A DNA stretch of 64,000 bases, from contig UYFQ01000005.1 of NCBI GenBank assembly GCA_900617105.1, positions 434,001 to 498,000 on the forward strand. Direction: 5' to 3'. The notes under the pieces are model-generated. The model saw nothing but the letters and a program-made list of their open reading frames with translations, made no database searches and was not told the DNA's origin. Below, one piece after another: positions 1-9,671 of this stretch; position 1 is the stretch's first letter; each line of letters begins with the position of its first letter. This DNA is from Hydrurus foetidus. Its lineage: Eukaryota. The translations under genes were made by a program, and so were the position numbers.

Positions 1-94
1 ATGCGCTCTATAAAGCACTGTATACCCCCTTCATGTCATATCTGAGAATCGGCGATTCAGACCTTCTCTTTACGACGAGAAACACACTACCATT

Positions 95-2272
95 GTGTGG
101 CCCGTACATTGCCACTCACAGCCCTCTTGCATGCCACCACACGCCCCACCCTCACCCTCTAGCCGCCTCTCGTGGCTGAAGGTGCGCACAGAGCTCTGGC
201 TAAGCGCTATCCGTGAAGCCTACGTGGCGTTATTGCCACTGACAATTCTGGGCGCCCTGGCGGTCACGGCGGCTCAAAACCCCTACCCTCCGTACATCTT
301 GTGGATGACGCAGACCTTTGGGGCGGACTGGCAAATGCAGGGAATGCGCTTATTCAACGCGACGATGGGGATGATGGGGTTGGCAGGTGCAGCGGCTATT
401 TGCTTTAACGTCTCGGCAAGAATTCAATCGGGCACCAACCGCAGCTACCAGACCATGATCGCCATACCTGCGGTGGCCGGATCAGCCTTTTTCCTGATCG
501 TTATGTCGACTGAAGTACCCGACTTCAAATCGCTCGGTTATGCCAGCGCCTTCCAAAGCATTATTGTGGGCATTGCAAGTGCGGAGCTGATGCACTTTTT
601 CGGCCACCGCTTGCCCCAATCCAAACAATTGGCGCCTATTGAGGGCCGCACGTCACTGCACAGCGCTTTGCGCTTGTCTGTGACGGCGACGCTGGCATTG
701 ACCAGCATATTGCTCGGATACTGGCTGCTCAAAAGCTGTCTCGCGCACTTGACGGAGCCGCTGCTCCCGCCGCTTTCCGCGTGGCTCACCGCGCACAACC
801 CAGGCGCTGACGTTCTGAATGCGTCCATCGTGGTGATCAACCAGTTGCTGTGGACGCTGGGCATCAATGGTGGGCAGTTTTTGTTGCATTTGGGCGCGTC
901 AGACTCTGGCTTGATCGGCAGCGGATCCGTGCTTTACGCCGCCAACGCCGCCTCCCCTATGTTTGTGAATGCTTTTGCCCACCTGGGCGGGGCAGGGGCC
1001 ACGTGGGGATTGATCATCTATTGCATCGTGTGGGGTAAAGACCGTTCGCTGAAGAGGTTGGCGTGGTACTCGGTACTGCCCGCCATCCTCAATGTCAATG
1101 AACTGCTGCTGTTCGGTATCCCGCTGGTGCTGAGCCGCACGCTGGTGATCCCCTTCATCGCCGCGCCCCTCTTCAATTGCCTTATGGCAACATTGGCGAT
1201 CCACACCCTGGGCATGACATTGGATGGACAGGCCGTGGCGTGGTCAACCCCGATTGTGGTGTCGGGCTACCTGATGTCATCGTCATGGCTAGGCGCCGCC
1301 GTGCAGCTGGTTTGTCTGGCCGCGAGCACCCTCATTTATGCCCCTTTTGTTAGGCAACTTGAGCACGAACGCCACCAGCACAGCAAAGACCTGCTGAGTT
1401 CCGTGTTGAAGCTGCTGAGCGTCAACGATGTCACCGTCGGTTCAAAAATCCTCAAACGGACAGACGCGGTAGGCGATGTGGCACGCCATTTGATCCACAA
1501 CTTCCGTGCCGATCTCGGTACGGAGCGCGTACGCCTTTTTTACCAACCACAGCACGACCGACATGGTCACACCGTGGGTGTAGAAGCGCTCTTGCGTTGG
1601 ACGCACGCTACCTACGGGCCGATTCCACCGCAGGCCATCGTCAACATTGCAGAAGAATGCGATTTGATCCATACCTTGGGCGAGTGGGTTGTCAACCAAG
1701 TCTGTGCCGATACCGCACGCTGGCAAGCCGCAGGGTACGAAGGCATCACCGTCTCATTGAACATGTCACCCGTGCAGCTCGAATCCAGCAGCTGGGTTGA
1801 GGTGGTGCAAGCCGCCATCGAAAAGCACCGCATTCCGGTTCAAAATTTAGACATTGAAATCACAGAAGGCAAGGCAATGTCTCTCAGCGAGCAAGCCAAC
1901 CGCACGCTGCGTGAGCTCCAAGAACTGCGTGTACACCTGTCTATGGACGACTTTGGCATGGGCTGCACCTCTTTGCTCTACATGCAACGCTTTAAGATGT
2001 ACGCCCTGAAGCTGGACGGTGTGCTCACCAGAGACGTGCAAAACAACACTGTGAACCAAGAAGTTATTCGCTGCATCTGCGTGCTGGGCCACACCCAAGG
2101 CGTACGCATCGTGGCCGAATATGTGGAAACCGAAGCGCAAAAAGAGATGCTGGAAATGCTCGGGTGCGACCACTTCCAAGGCTGGCTCTACTGCCCCGCT
2201 ATCCCCGAAGCCCAGCTCTTGCCCTACCTCGACCGCACGCTCCTGCACAGCACCGCTGGCATGGGCGCATGA
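95..2272 (+). CDS. PTS EIIC (cellobiose/lactose-type) membrane domain fused to an EAL c-di-GMP phosphodiesterase domain
   Basis: N-terminal multi-TM region with EIIC-like motifs (LLWTLGING, LGGAGATWGL, NVNELLLFGIPLV); C-terminal YQPQ..VEALLRW, DDFGMG, AEYVET. Start codon uncertain. Confidence 0.85.
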   Translation: MWPVHCHSQPSCMPPHAPPSPSSRLSWLKVRTELWLSAIREAYVALLPLTILGALAVTAAQNPYPPYILWMTQTFGADWQMQGMRLFNATMGMMGLAGAAAICFNVSARIQSGTNRSYQTMIAIPAVAGSAFFLIVMSTEVPDFKSLGYASAFQSIIVGIASAELMHFFGHRLPQSKQLAPIEGRTSLHSALRLSVTATLALTSILLGYWLLKSCLAHLTEPLLPPLSAWLTAHNPGADVLNASIVVINQLLWTLGINGGQFLLHLGASDSGLIGSGSVLYAANAASPMFVNAFAHLGGAGATWGLIIYCIVWGKDRSLKRLAWYSVLPAILNVNELLLFGIPLVLSRTLVIPFIAAPLFNCLMATLAIHTLGMTLDGQAVAWSTPIVVSGYLMSSSWLGAAVQLVCLAASTLIYAPFVRQLEHERHQHSKDLLSSVLKLLSVNDVTVGSKILKRTDAVGDVARHLIHNFRADLGTERVRLFYQPQHDRHGHTVGVEALLRWTHATYGPIPPQAIVNIAEECDLIHTLGEWVVNQVCADTARWQAAGYEGITVSLNMSPVQLESSSWVEVVQAAIEKHRIPVQNLDIEITEGKAMSLSEQANRTLRELQELRVHLSMDDFGMGCTSLLYMQRFKMYALKLDGVLTRDVQNNTVNQEVIRCICVLGHTQGVRIVAEYVETEAQKEMLEMLGCDHFQGWLYCPAIPEAQLLPYLDRTLLHSTAGMGA

Positions 2273-2279
2273 CATTGCC

Positions 2280-2690
2280 ATGCCTGTTCACCACCTCCGG
2301 CCTCTGGCCCCTGCACTGACGCTAACACTGGCCCTCACGTGCACACTCTCGCTCCCGCTCCAAGCAGCCCCTCTTTTACGCTGCGCTGTCACCTACGCGG
2401 GCAGCACCCAAGAGGTGACGGCCTCCCCCACGGCTGATCCTTATAGCGTAACGGCGGTGGACATCCAGGGGCGCTTCAGCTTCAAAGCCGTGATGGTGGG
2501 CACGCCTCAGGCGGTGGACTACATCAAGCTCTACGTCTACCACCAAACCCGTCTGCGGGACGTGCACATCCACCAAGCAACCTACTTCCCCCCCTTCCAC
2601 AACCCACTGACCCCGCAGAACCACCTGTACGCCGGCGACGTGGAGCGTGAATTGCTGTACCAATGCACTTTGGAAGGCATAACACCATGA
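2280..2690 (+). CDS. hypothetical exported protein
   Basis: Signal-peptide-like N-terminus from ATG 2280; ATGA overlap with the next gene. Confidence 0.6.
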   Translation: MPVHHLRPLAPALTLTLALTCTLSLPLQAAPLLRCAVTYAGSTQEVTASPTADPYSVTAVDIQGRFSFKAVMVGTPQAVDYIKLYVYHQTRLRDVHIHQATYFPPFHNPLTPQNHLYAGDVERELLYQCTLEGITP

Positions 2691-3688
2691 TGCGCTTACC
2701 CTACAGCGTTTTATTGCTATGGTTTTTGATGCTTCCAAGCCTTCCCATGGCACACGCGCAAGCAACCGTCAGCCTGCTCTTCGTGGGCGACGTGGTGCTG
2801 GACGGCCAACCCGGCGTGGCCGTAGCGCAGGGGCGCGATCCCTTTGCCGCCTTTGCGCCACTGCTGGCCGGGGCGGACATCCGCATCGCTAACCTCGAAT
2901 GCGTGGTCTCCACGCTGGGCGATGCGGCGGACAAAAACTTCACCTTCCGTGCCCACCCCCGCACGCTGGACGTGCTCAAACGCCACTTTGATGCGGTCAG
3001 TGTGGCGAACAACCACTCGGGTGACTTCGGCCCAGCGGCTTTTGGGCAGATGCTGGACTTGCTCGACCAGCACGGCGTGGGCCGCTTTGGTGGCGGCCAC
3101 ACGCTACATCAGGCACACCAACCGCTAATCATCGAGCGCAAGGGCATCCGCATCGCACTCTTGGGTTACGACGAGTTCATGCCGCGCAGCTTTGAGGCCG
3201 GCACGCACACGCCCGGTGTGGCCTGGAGCGAAGACGAACAGGTGGTGGCCGATATTCGCCGTGCCCGCAGCCACTACAAAGCGGATGTGGTGATCCCTTT
3301 CATGCACTGGGGCTGGGAAAACGAACCCCGCGCCAACGCCCGCCAGCGCCAGCTCGCCCGCGTGATGATCGACGCAGGGGCCGATGCCGTGGTCGGTGCC
3401 CACCCTCATGTCACGCAAGACATCGAACATTACCGGGGCAAACCCATCGTCTACAGTCTGGGCAACTTCATGATCGACGCGCTGGACAACGCCGCCCAAG
3501 CCCGTGGCTGGCTGCTGCGCCTGGAGATCACCCACCAGGGCGTGCAGGCATGGCGCACGAGCATGGCCCAGCTGGACGCGAACGGCATCCCCACGCCCGA
3601 CATGGCCGTAGCCACCCCCTGCGGCACAGCCCATGAAACAGGTAACGCCACCCCATCACAGGCGTGTTTTTTTCCTGAAAATAAGTGA
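2687..3688 (+). CDS. CapA/PGA_cap family metallophosphoesterase
   Basis: FVGDV, ANLE, VSVANNHSGD, MHWGWE, GAHPHV, YSLGNF motifs. Confidence 0.85.
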   Translation: MMRLPYSVLLLWFLMLPSLPMAHAQATVSLLFVGDVVLDGQPGVAVAQGRDPFAAFAPLLAGADIRIANLECVVSTLGDAADKNFTFRAHPRTLDVLKRHFDAVSVANNHSGDFGPAAFGQMLDLLDQHGVGRFGGGHTLHQAHQPLIIERKGIRIALLGYDEFMPRSFEAGTHTPGVAWSEDEQVVADIRRARSHYKADVVIPFMHWGWENEPRANARQRQLARVMIDAGADAVVGAHPHVTQDIEHYRGKPIVYSLGNFMIDALDNAAQARGWLLRLEITHQGVQAWRTSMAQLDANGIPTPDMAVATPCGTAHETGNATPSQACFFPENK

Positions 3689-3743
3689 AAATTACAGCTC
3701 TAGCGCTTATCTTATAAGCACCTAAAGCTATCAAATTGATACT
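3686..3743 (-). repeat. dispersed AT-rich palindromic repeat, copy 1
   Basis: GCTATCAAATTGATA palindrome plus GCTTAT-CTT-ATAAGC hairpin; similar to copies at 11341, 18917, 33001, 38131, 60483. Confidence 0.7.
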
Positions 3744-3745
3744 CC

Positions 3746-4837
3746 ATGAAAATCTTTCGCGGCTTCCACCACCCCGGCATCGCCCCCACCTGTGCGCTAA
3801 CGATTGGCAATTTCGATGGCGTGCATCGGGGCCATCAGGCCATGCTGGCGCTGCTCAACAACGAAGCGCAGCACCGTCACATCCCCAGTTGCGTGATGAC
3901 GTTTGAGCCGCACCCGCGTGACTACTTCGCCGCCGTGGCCCACAAACCCGAGCTGGCCCCGGCCCGCATAGCCACCCTGCGCGACAAGCTGCAAGAACTG
4001 GAACGCTGCCGGGTCGACCAGGTGGTGGTGTTGCCGTTTGACCAACGCCTCGCCAGCCAGTCGCCAGAAGCCTTCATCAACGAGGTGCTGGTGGGTGGCC
4101 TGGGGGTGCGCTACGTGTTGGTGGGCGACGATTTCCGCTTTGGGGCCAAACGTGCGGGGGATTACGCCCTGTTGGATGCCCGAGGCGAAGCCCTGGGTTT
4201 TGACGTGGCCCGCATGAACAGCTACGAGGTGTCCAGCCGACAAGCGCAGCGCAACCAAGGCACCCCGAGTTGGGAAGCGTCCAGCTTTGGGCGTTTGCCG
4301 GGCAGCCACGGTCTGCGTGTGTCCAGCTCTGCCGTGCGTGAAGCACTGTTTGAAGGCCGCATGGAAGACGCGGCCCGCCTGCTGGGTCGCCCCTACGCCC
4401 TCTCGGGCCATGTCGTCCACGGCCGCCAGCTGGGCCGCGAACTCGGGGCCAGCGCACCGGGGCGGGGCGACGGCTTTCGCACGCTGAATTTGCGCTTCGC
4501 GCATTGGAAGCCAGCGGCCAGCGGCATCTTTGCAGTGCGGGTGTTTGGCCTGCGCACTGACCCGAACGCGGCGGTGGAAGGTGTCGCCAACATGGGGGTT
4601 CGCCCGTCCATCGACCCGAGCGACGTGAACGGTGGCCGCGTGCTGCTGGAAACCCATTGCTTTGACTGGCCCACAGAGATGGCCCAAAAAGAAGCCTACG
4701 GTAAAATCATCCGTGTAGAACTACTCCATAAACTTCACGACGAACTGAAGTACGACGGCCTGGATTCCCTCACCGAGGGTATTGCGAAGGATTGCGCCAA
4801 TGCGCGGGCGTACTTTGCTTCTCGCCGCCGACCATGA
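3746..4837 (+). CDS. ribF: bifunctional riboflavin kinase/FAD synthetase
   Basis: [35 protein letters not shown] motifs; lies upstream of ileS. Confidence 0.95.
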   Translation: MKIFRGFHHPGIAPTCALTIGNFDGVHRGHQAMLALLNNEAQHRHIPSCVMTFEPHPRDYFAAVAHKPELAPARIATLRDKLQELERCRVDQVVVLPFDQRLASQSPEAFINEVLVGGLGVRYVLVGDDFRFGAKRAGDYALLDARGEALGFDVARMNSYEVSSRQAQRNQGTPSWEASSFGRLPGSHGLRVSSSAVREALFEGRMEDAARLLGRPYALSGHVVHGRQLGRELGASAPGRGDGFRTLNLRFAHWKPAASGIFAVRVFGLRTDPNAAVEGVANMGVRPSIDPSDVNGGRVLLETHCFDWPTEMAQKEAYGKIIRVELLHKLHDELKYDGLDSLTEGIAKDCANARAYFASRRRP

Positions 4838-7759
4838 CCGATCAAACCTCCGCCGAATCCACCGTAGCCGCCACCGACTACCGCGCCACACTCAACCTGC
4901 CCGACACCCCCTTTCCGATGCGCGGCGACTTGCCCAAGCGCGAGCCGGGTTGGGTGAAAGATTTCGAGGACAAAGGCATCTACAAAAAGCTGCGCGATGC
5001 CCGCATCAACGCGCCCCGCTTCGTGCTGCACGATGGCCCGCCCTACGCCAACGGCCAAATCCACATGGGCCACGCCGTCAATAAAATCTTGAAGGACATG
5101 ATCGTCAAGGCCCGGCAATTGAAGGGCATGGACGCTGTGTACGTGCCTGGCTGGGACTGCCACGGCCTTCCGATTGAGAACCAGATCGAAAAAACCCACG
5201 GCCGCAACCTCAGCCGTGACGAAGTGCAAGCCAAAAGCCGCGCCTACGCCACCGAGCAAATCGCGCTGCAAAAGGCCGATTTCAAACGCCTGGGTGTGCT
5301 GGGCGAGTGGGACAACCCCTACCTGACGATGAACCCCAGCAACGAGGCCGATGAAATCCGCGCCTTGAAGCGCATCATCGAACGCGGCTTTGTCTACCGT
5401 GGCCTCAAGCCAGTGTACTGGTGCTTCGACTGCCGCAGCTCGCTGGCCGAGTTCGAGATCGAATACGCTGACAAAAAATCGCAAACGATTGACGTGGGCT
5501 TTGAGTGCGCTGAGCCTGCCAAGCTGGCCGCCGCCTTTGGTTTGCCCGCGCTCACCCAACCCGCCTTCGCCGTCATCTGGACGACCACCGCTTGGACGAT
5601 CCCCGCCAACCAAGCGCTGAACCTGAACCCCGCGCTGGAATACGCACTGGTGGACACGCCACGCGGTCTGCTGCTGCTGGCCTCTGCCCTGGTCGAAAAG
5701 GCTCTCGCCCGCTTCGCCTTGGAAGGCACCGTGGTGGCAACGACGCTGGGTGAAAACCTCGCCAACATCAACTTCAAGCACCCTTTCTACGATCAAGCGA
5801 CCGGTGATGAAGGCGAATTCAGCTACCAGCGCCTAAGCCCCGTCTTCTTGGCCGACTACGCCACCGCTGACGACGGCACCGGCATCGTCCACTCGTCGCC
5901 CGCTTACGGCGTAGAGGATTTCAACTCCTGCATCAAAAACGGCATCGTCCATGACGACATCCTCAACCCTGTGCAGGCCAATGGCGTGTACGTGGACGAG
6001 CTGCCGCAGTTCGGTGGCCAGTTCATCTGGAAAGCCGCCCCCGTCATCGTGGAAGCCTTGCGTGCAGCCAACCGCCTGTTCGCCACCGAGACCATCACCC
6101 ACAGCTACCCGCATTGCTGGCGGCATAAAACGCCGGTGATCTACCGGGCAGCGGCCCAGTGGTTCATCCGCATGGACGAGGGCGAAGGCGTGTTCACCAA
6201 GGACAAAGCACCGCAAACCCTGCGCCAACTGGCCTTGAACGCCATTGAAGAAACCAGCTTTTACCCCGAAAACGGCAAAATCCGCCTGCGCGACATGATC
6301 GCCGGGCGGCCCGACTGGTGCATCTCGCGCCAGCGTAACTGGGGCGTGCCCCTGCCCTTCTTCATCCACACCGCCACCGGCGAGCTGCACCCCCGCACGA
6401 TGGACATCCTGGACCAGGCGGCTGACATCGTCGAGAAGGGTGGCATTGAAGCCTGGAGCGCGTGCCGTGGAAGAAATCCTTGGCGCCGCTGATGCACCCA
6501 GCTACACCAAGAGCACCGACATTCTCGAAGTCTGGTTCGACTCCGGCAGTACCTTCCAGCACGTGCTGCGCGGCAGCCACAAGGATGCGTATGACCGCGT
6601 GCCCACCCACTACACCGTGCTGCAAAAAAGCCACGCCGCGCAATCCGCGTGGCCTGCTGACCTGTATTTGGAAGGCCACGACCAGCATCGCGGCTGGTTC
6701 CACAGCTCGCTGCTCACCGCCTGCGCCCTGTACGACCACGCGCCCTACAAAGGTTTGCTGACGCACGGCTTCACCGTTGATGCGAATGGCCGCAAGATGA
6801 GCAAGTCCGAGAAAAACGGCGTTGACCCGCAAGTCACGGCCGGCAAGCTGGGTGCCGAAATCATCCGCCTGTGGGTGGCAGCCAGCGACTACTCGGGCGA
6901 TATCGCCGGTGACGACAAAATCCTCGCCCGCGTGGTGGACAGCTACCGCCGCATCCGCAACACCCTGCGCTTTTTGCTCGCCAACACCAGCGACTTTGAC
7001 CCAGCAACAGACACCGTGCCCGCCGACCAGCTGCTGGAAATCGACCGCTACGCCCTGGCCCGCGCCGCGCAAATGCAGGCCACCATCCTGGCCCACTACG
7101 AGGTGTACGAATTCCACCCCGTGGTCGCCAAATTGCAGGTGTATTGCAGCGAAGACCTGGGTGCGTTCTACCTGGACGTGCTCAAAGACCGCCTCTACAC
7201 CACAGCCCCCAAGAGCCTTGCCCGCCGCAGCGCCCAAACCGCCCTGCGCCAAATCACCCAGGCATTTTTGCGCTGGATGGCCCCGTTCCTCAGCTTCACC
7301 GCCGAAGAAATCTGGGCGTTGGAAGGCACCAGCGAATCCATCTTCCTGGAAACCTACGCTGACATGGGCACAGCGAACGCATCCACCGAAGCCCTGCTTG
7401 CCAAATGGACGCGCATCCGCGAAATCCGCGACGTGGTGAACAAAGACATCGAAGTGCTGCGCAAAGACGGCAAAGTGGGCTCCAGTCTGCAAGCCAATGT
7501 GGTGCTGACAGCCGCACCCGCCGACCACACGCTGCTGGCCAGCTTGGGTGATGATTTGAAGTTCGCCTTCATCACATCCGCTATGGAATTGGTAGCTGGT
7601 GACGAACTGTCAGTCAGCACAAGCACTTCATCCGACACCAAATGCGAACGCTGCTGGCACTACCAAGCCGATGTGGGCGTGGATGCGGCGCACCCGACGA
7701 TTTGCGGGCGCTGCGTCAGCAATTTGTACGGCGCGGGTGAAACGCGGACAATCGCCTGA
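4834..7759 (+). CDS. ileS: isoleucine--tRNA ligase, frameshifted near 6460-6470
   Basis: [29 protein letters not shown] in ORF1; DVWFDSG-like, DQHRGWF, KMSKS and C-terminal zinc finger in ORF2. Confidence 0.95.
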
Positions 7760-7791
7760 CAACAGGTTCAACACGCTTTAGGGGTATTGCC

Positions 7792-8058
7792 ATGACAACG
7801 ACTGAACTGGATTGCGTTTCTGACCATGTAGTAGCGCCCTTGCTCGACTTAAGTCCGCTGCAACGCCATGATTTGATTGGTAAATTGTGGGACAGCCTGC
7901 GTGACGAGAAGCCTGCCGATTTGCCGCAATGGAAAATCGACACCCTCTTAGCCAGTCAAGCACAGTACTTGGCACACCCCGAAACAGCAAGCACCTGGGA
8001 ATCCATCCAAGCCACCTTTGCCCAAAAGTACGGCTGGGATTTGACGAAGGATGCGTGA
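7792..8058 (+). CDS. putative addiction-module antitoxin
   Basis: LSPLQR..LI..LWDSL...PQW...TWE pattern; overlaps the downstream RelE/ParE-like gene. Confidence 0.7.
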   Translation: MTTTELDCVSDHVVAPLLDLSPLQRHDLIGKLWDSLRDEKPADLPQWKIDTLLASQAQYLAHPETASTWESIQATFAQKYGWDLTKDA

Positions 8059-8368
8059 GCTGATTCTGACTGCTACCGCCACCCAGCAAATGGAACGATC
8101 GCTCACGTGGTACGCCGACATCAGCCCTGCGTTAGGCCAGCGATTTTCACAAGCGGTGCAGCGCACATTGAACCGTGCGCTGCACCAACCCGCGCAATTC
8201 AAAATCGCAATCCCTCCGTTCAGGCGCTTGTTGGTGCCCCACTTTCCTTACGAAATTTTTTATGCTTATGACGATGACAAGCTTGTCGTTTACAGCGTTT
8301 TCCACACAGCACAAGACCCCGCCAAATGGCAAGAAAATCTAACAACGCCCCCCGCACCTCATTCGTGA
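8051..8368 (+). CDS. type II toxin, RelE/ParE family
   Basis: 105 aa with WY....LG.RF, RR..V.HFPY.IFY and VFH..QDP motifs. Confidence 0.8.
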   Translation: MRELILTATATQQMERSLTWYADISPALGQRFSQAVQRTLNRALHQPAQFKIAIPPFRRLLVPHFPYEIFYAYDDDKLVVYSVFHTAQDPAKWQENLTTPPAPHS

Positions 8369-8874
8369 AGTCATCCAGCAACGCTGGCGTGCTGCCCTGG
8401 TTGGCCCTCGCGGCCGTTTTGATCCTGATTGACCAGTTCACCAAAGTGCTGATCGTGGGCTACTACCAGCTGGGTGGTGTGACGCGCATCACTGGCTTTT
8501 TTGACGTGGTGCGGGCGCACAACACCGGGGCGGCATTTTCGTTTTTGGCCTCTGCCGGGGGGTGGCAGCGCTGGTTCTTCACCGCCATTGGCATCGGCGC
8601 TGCGGTGTTCATCGTGTGGATGCTCAAAGCCCACCCCGGCCAAAAGCTGTTTGCGTTTGCGCTGGCCTGCATCTTGGGTGGTGCTGTGGGCAACGTGATT
8701 GACCGCGTGGTGTACGGCTATGTGGTGGACTTTTTGCAGTTCCACTGGGACTGGCTCAAGCCCGTATTCCCTGGGGGTTACTTCCCGGCGTTCAACGTGG
8801 CGGACAGCGCAATCACTGTCGGGGCCACTTGTTTGATCTTGGATGAGATTTTGCGGGTACGCAAAGGGAAATAA
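8326..8874 (+). CDS. lspA: lipoprotein signal peptidase II
   Basis: [29 protein letters not shown]; alternative GTG start at 8365. Confidence 0.95.
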   Translation: MARKSNNAPRTSFVKSSSNAGVLPWLALAAVLILIDQFTKVLIVGYYQLGGVTRITGFFDVVRAHNTGAAFSFLASAGGWQRWFFTAIGIGAAVFIVWMLKAHPGQKLFAFALACILGGAVGNVIDRVVYGYVVDFLQFHWDWLKPVFPGGYFPAFNVADSAITVGATCLILDEILRVRKGK

Positions 8875-8875
8875 A

Positions 8876-9523
8876 TTACCCCTTCGCTGTGGCGGTAGCC
8901 GCCTTGCGATCCGCCACCACTTTTTGTGCGCTGGCACGCTCACCCACCAGCTTCAAGTAGGACTTGTAGTCAATACCAGCGGCCAGCAACAAGTCTTCAC
9001 CGTAAATCGCTTTGGTCGTCATACCCACCAGCGGCAAGCTGGCGAAGGCTGCGCAATCGGCTTGGGTGAAGGTATCGCCCGCCACATAAGGCGCGAACTT
9101 GGCGATACGTTTAAAAGCCGCGATGTTTTTGTCCAGCACGCCGCGCAGCTGGGCGACTTTGTCATCGCTCAGCGTGCCACCGAAAAAGGCTTTGCCGTGC
9201 AGTTCGCGGGCGACCAACTCAAGATGTAAATCAACGAAAACGATGAGTTCACGCACTTTCGCGGCAGTGAATGCATCGGCAGGCATCAAGGGTGGGTTGG
9301 GGTAAGCCGCCTCGATGTATTCCATGATGACTTGGCTTTCGCAAATTCCGCCCTGGGGGGTGCGAAGAAAAGGAATTTTGGCCAGCGGCGAATCTGCCAG
9401 AACGGCTTCATCGGTGCTTTTGGTCGGCACATTGGCCTCTTCAAAGGGCACATTCTTTTCAAGCAGCGCAAGCTTGACTTTGTTGTAGTAGTTGGAAATG
9501 GGTGAGCCGCAAAGTGTCAGCAT
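8876..9523 (-). CDS. glutathione S-transferase family protein
   Basis: SNYYNKVK, SPLAKIP, CESQVI, FTQAD motifs. Confidence 0.9.
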   Translation of the reverse strand: MLTLCGSPISNYYNKVKLALLEKNVPFEEANVPTKSTDEAVLADSPLAKIPFLRTPQGGICESQVIMEYIEAAYPNPPLMPADAFTAAKVRELIVFVDLHLELVARELHGKAFFGGTLSDDKVAQLRGVLDKNIAAFKRIAKFAPYVAGDTFTQADCAAFASLPLVGMTTKAIYGEDLLLAAGIDYKSYLKLVGERASAQKVVADRKAATATAKG

Positions 9524-9671
9524 ATTCAGAGTCTCGTGAAGTTTATCGGGGAGTTTTCGGGGGGCTTAAGCGGCAACCAGTTTAGGCGGCATAGCGGTAT
9601 CCCCTTGGCACACGGGAGACAAACAACGCACAATAAACCTCAGCCTCTTCGCTTACAAGGAGCCTGGCCCG

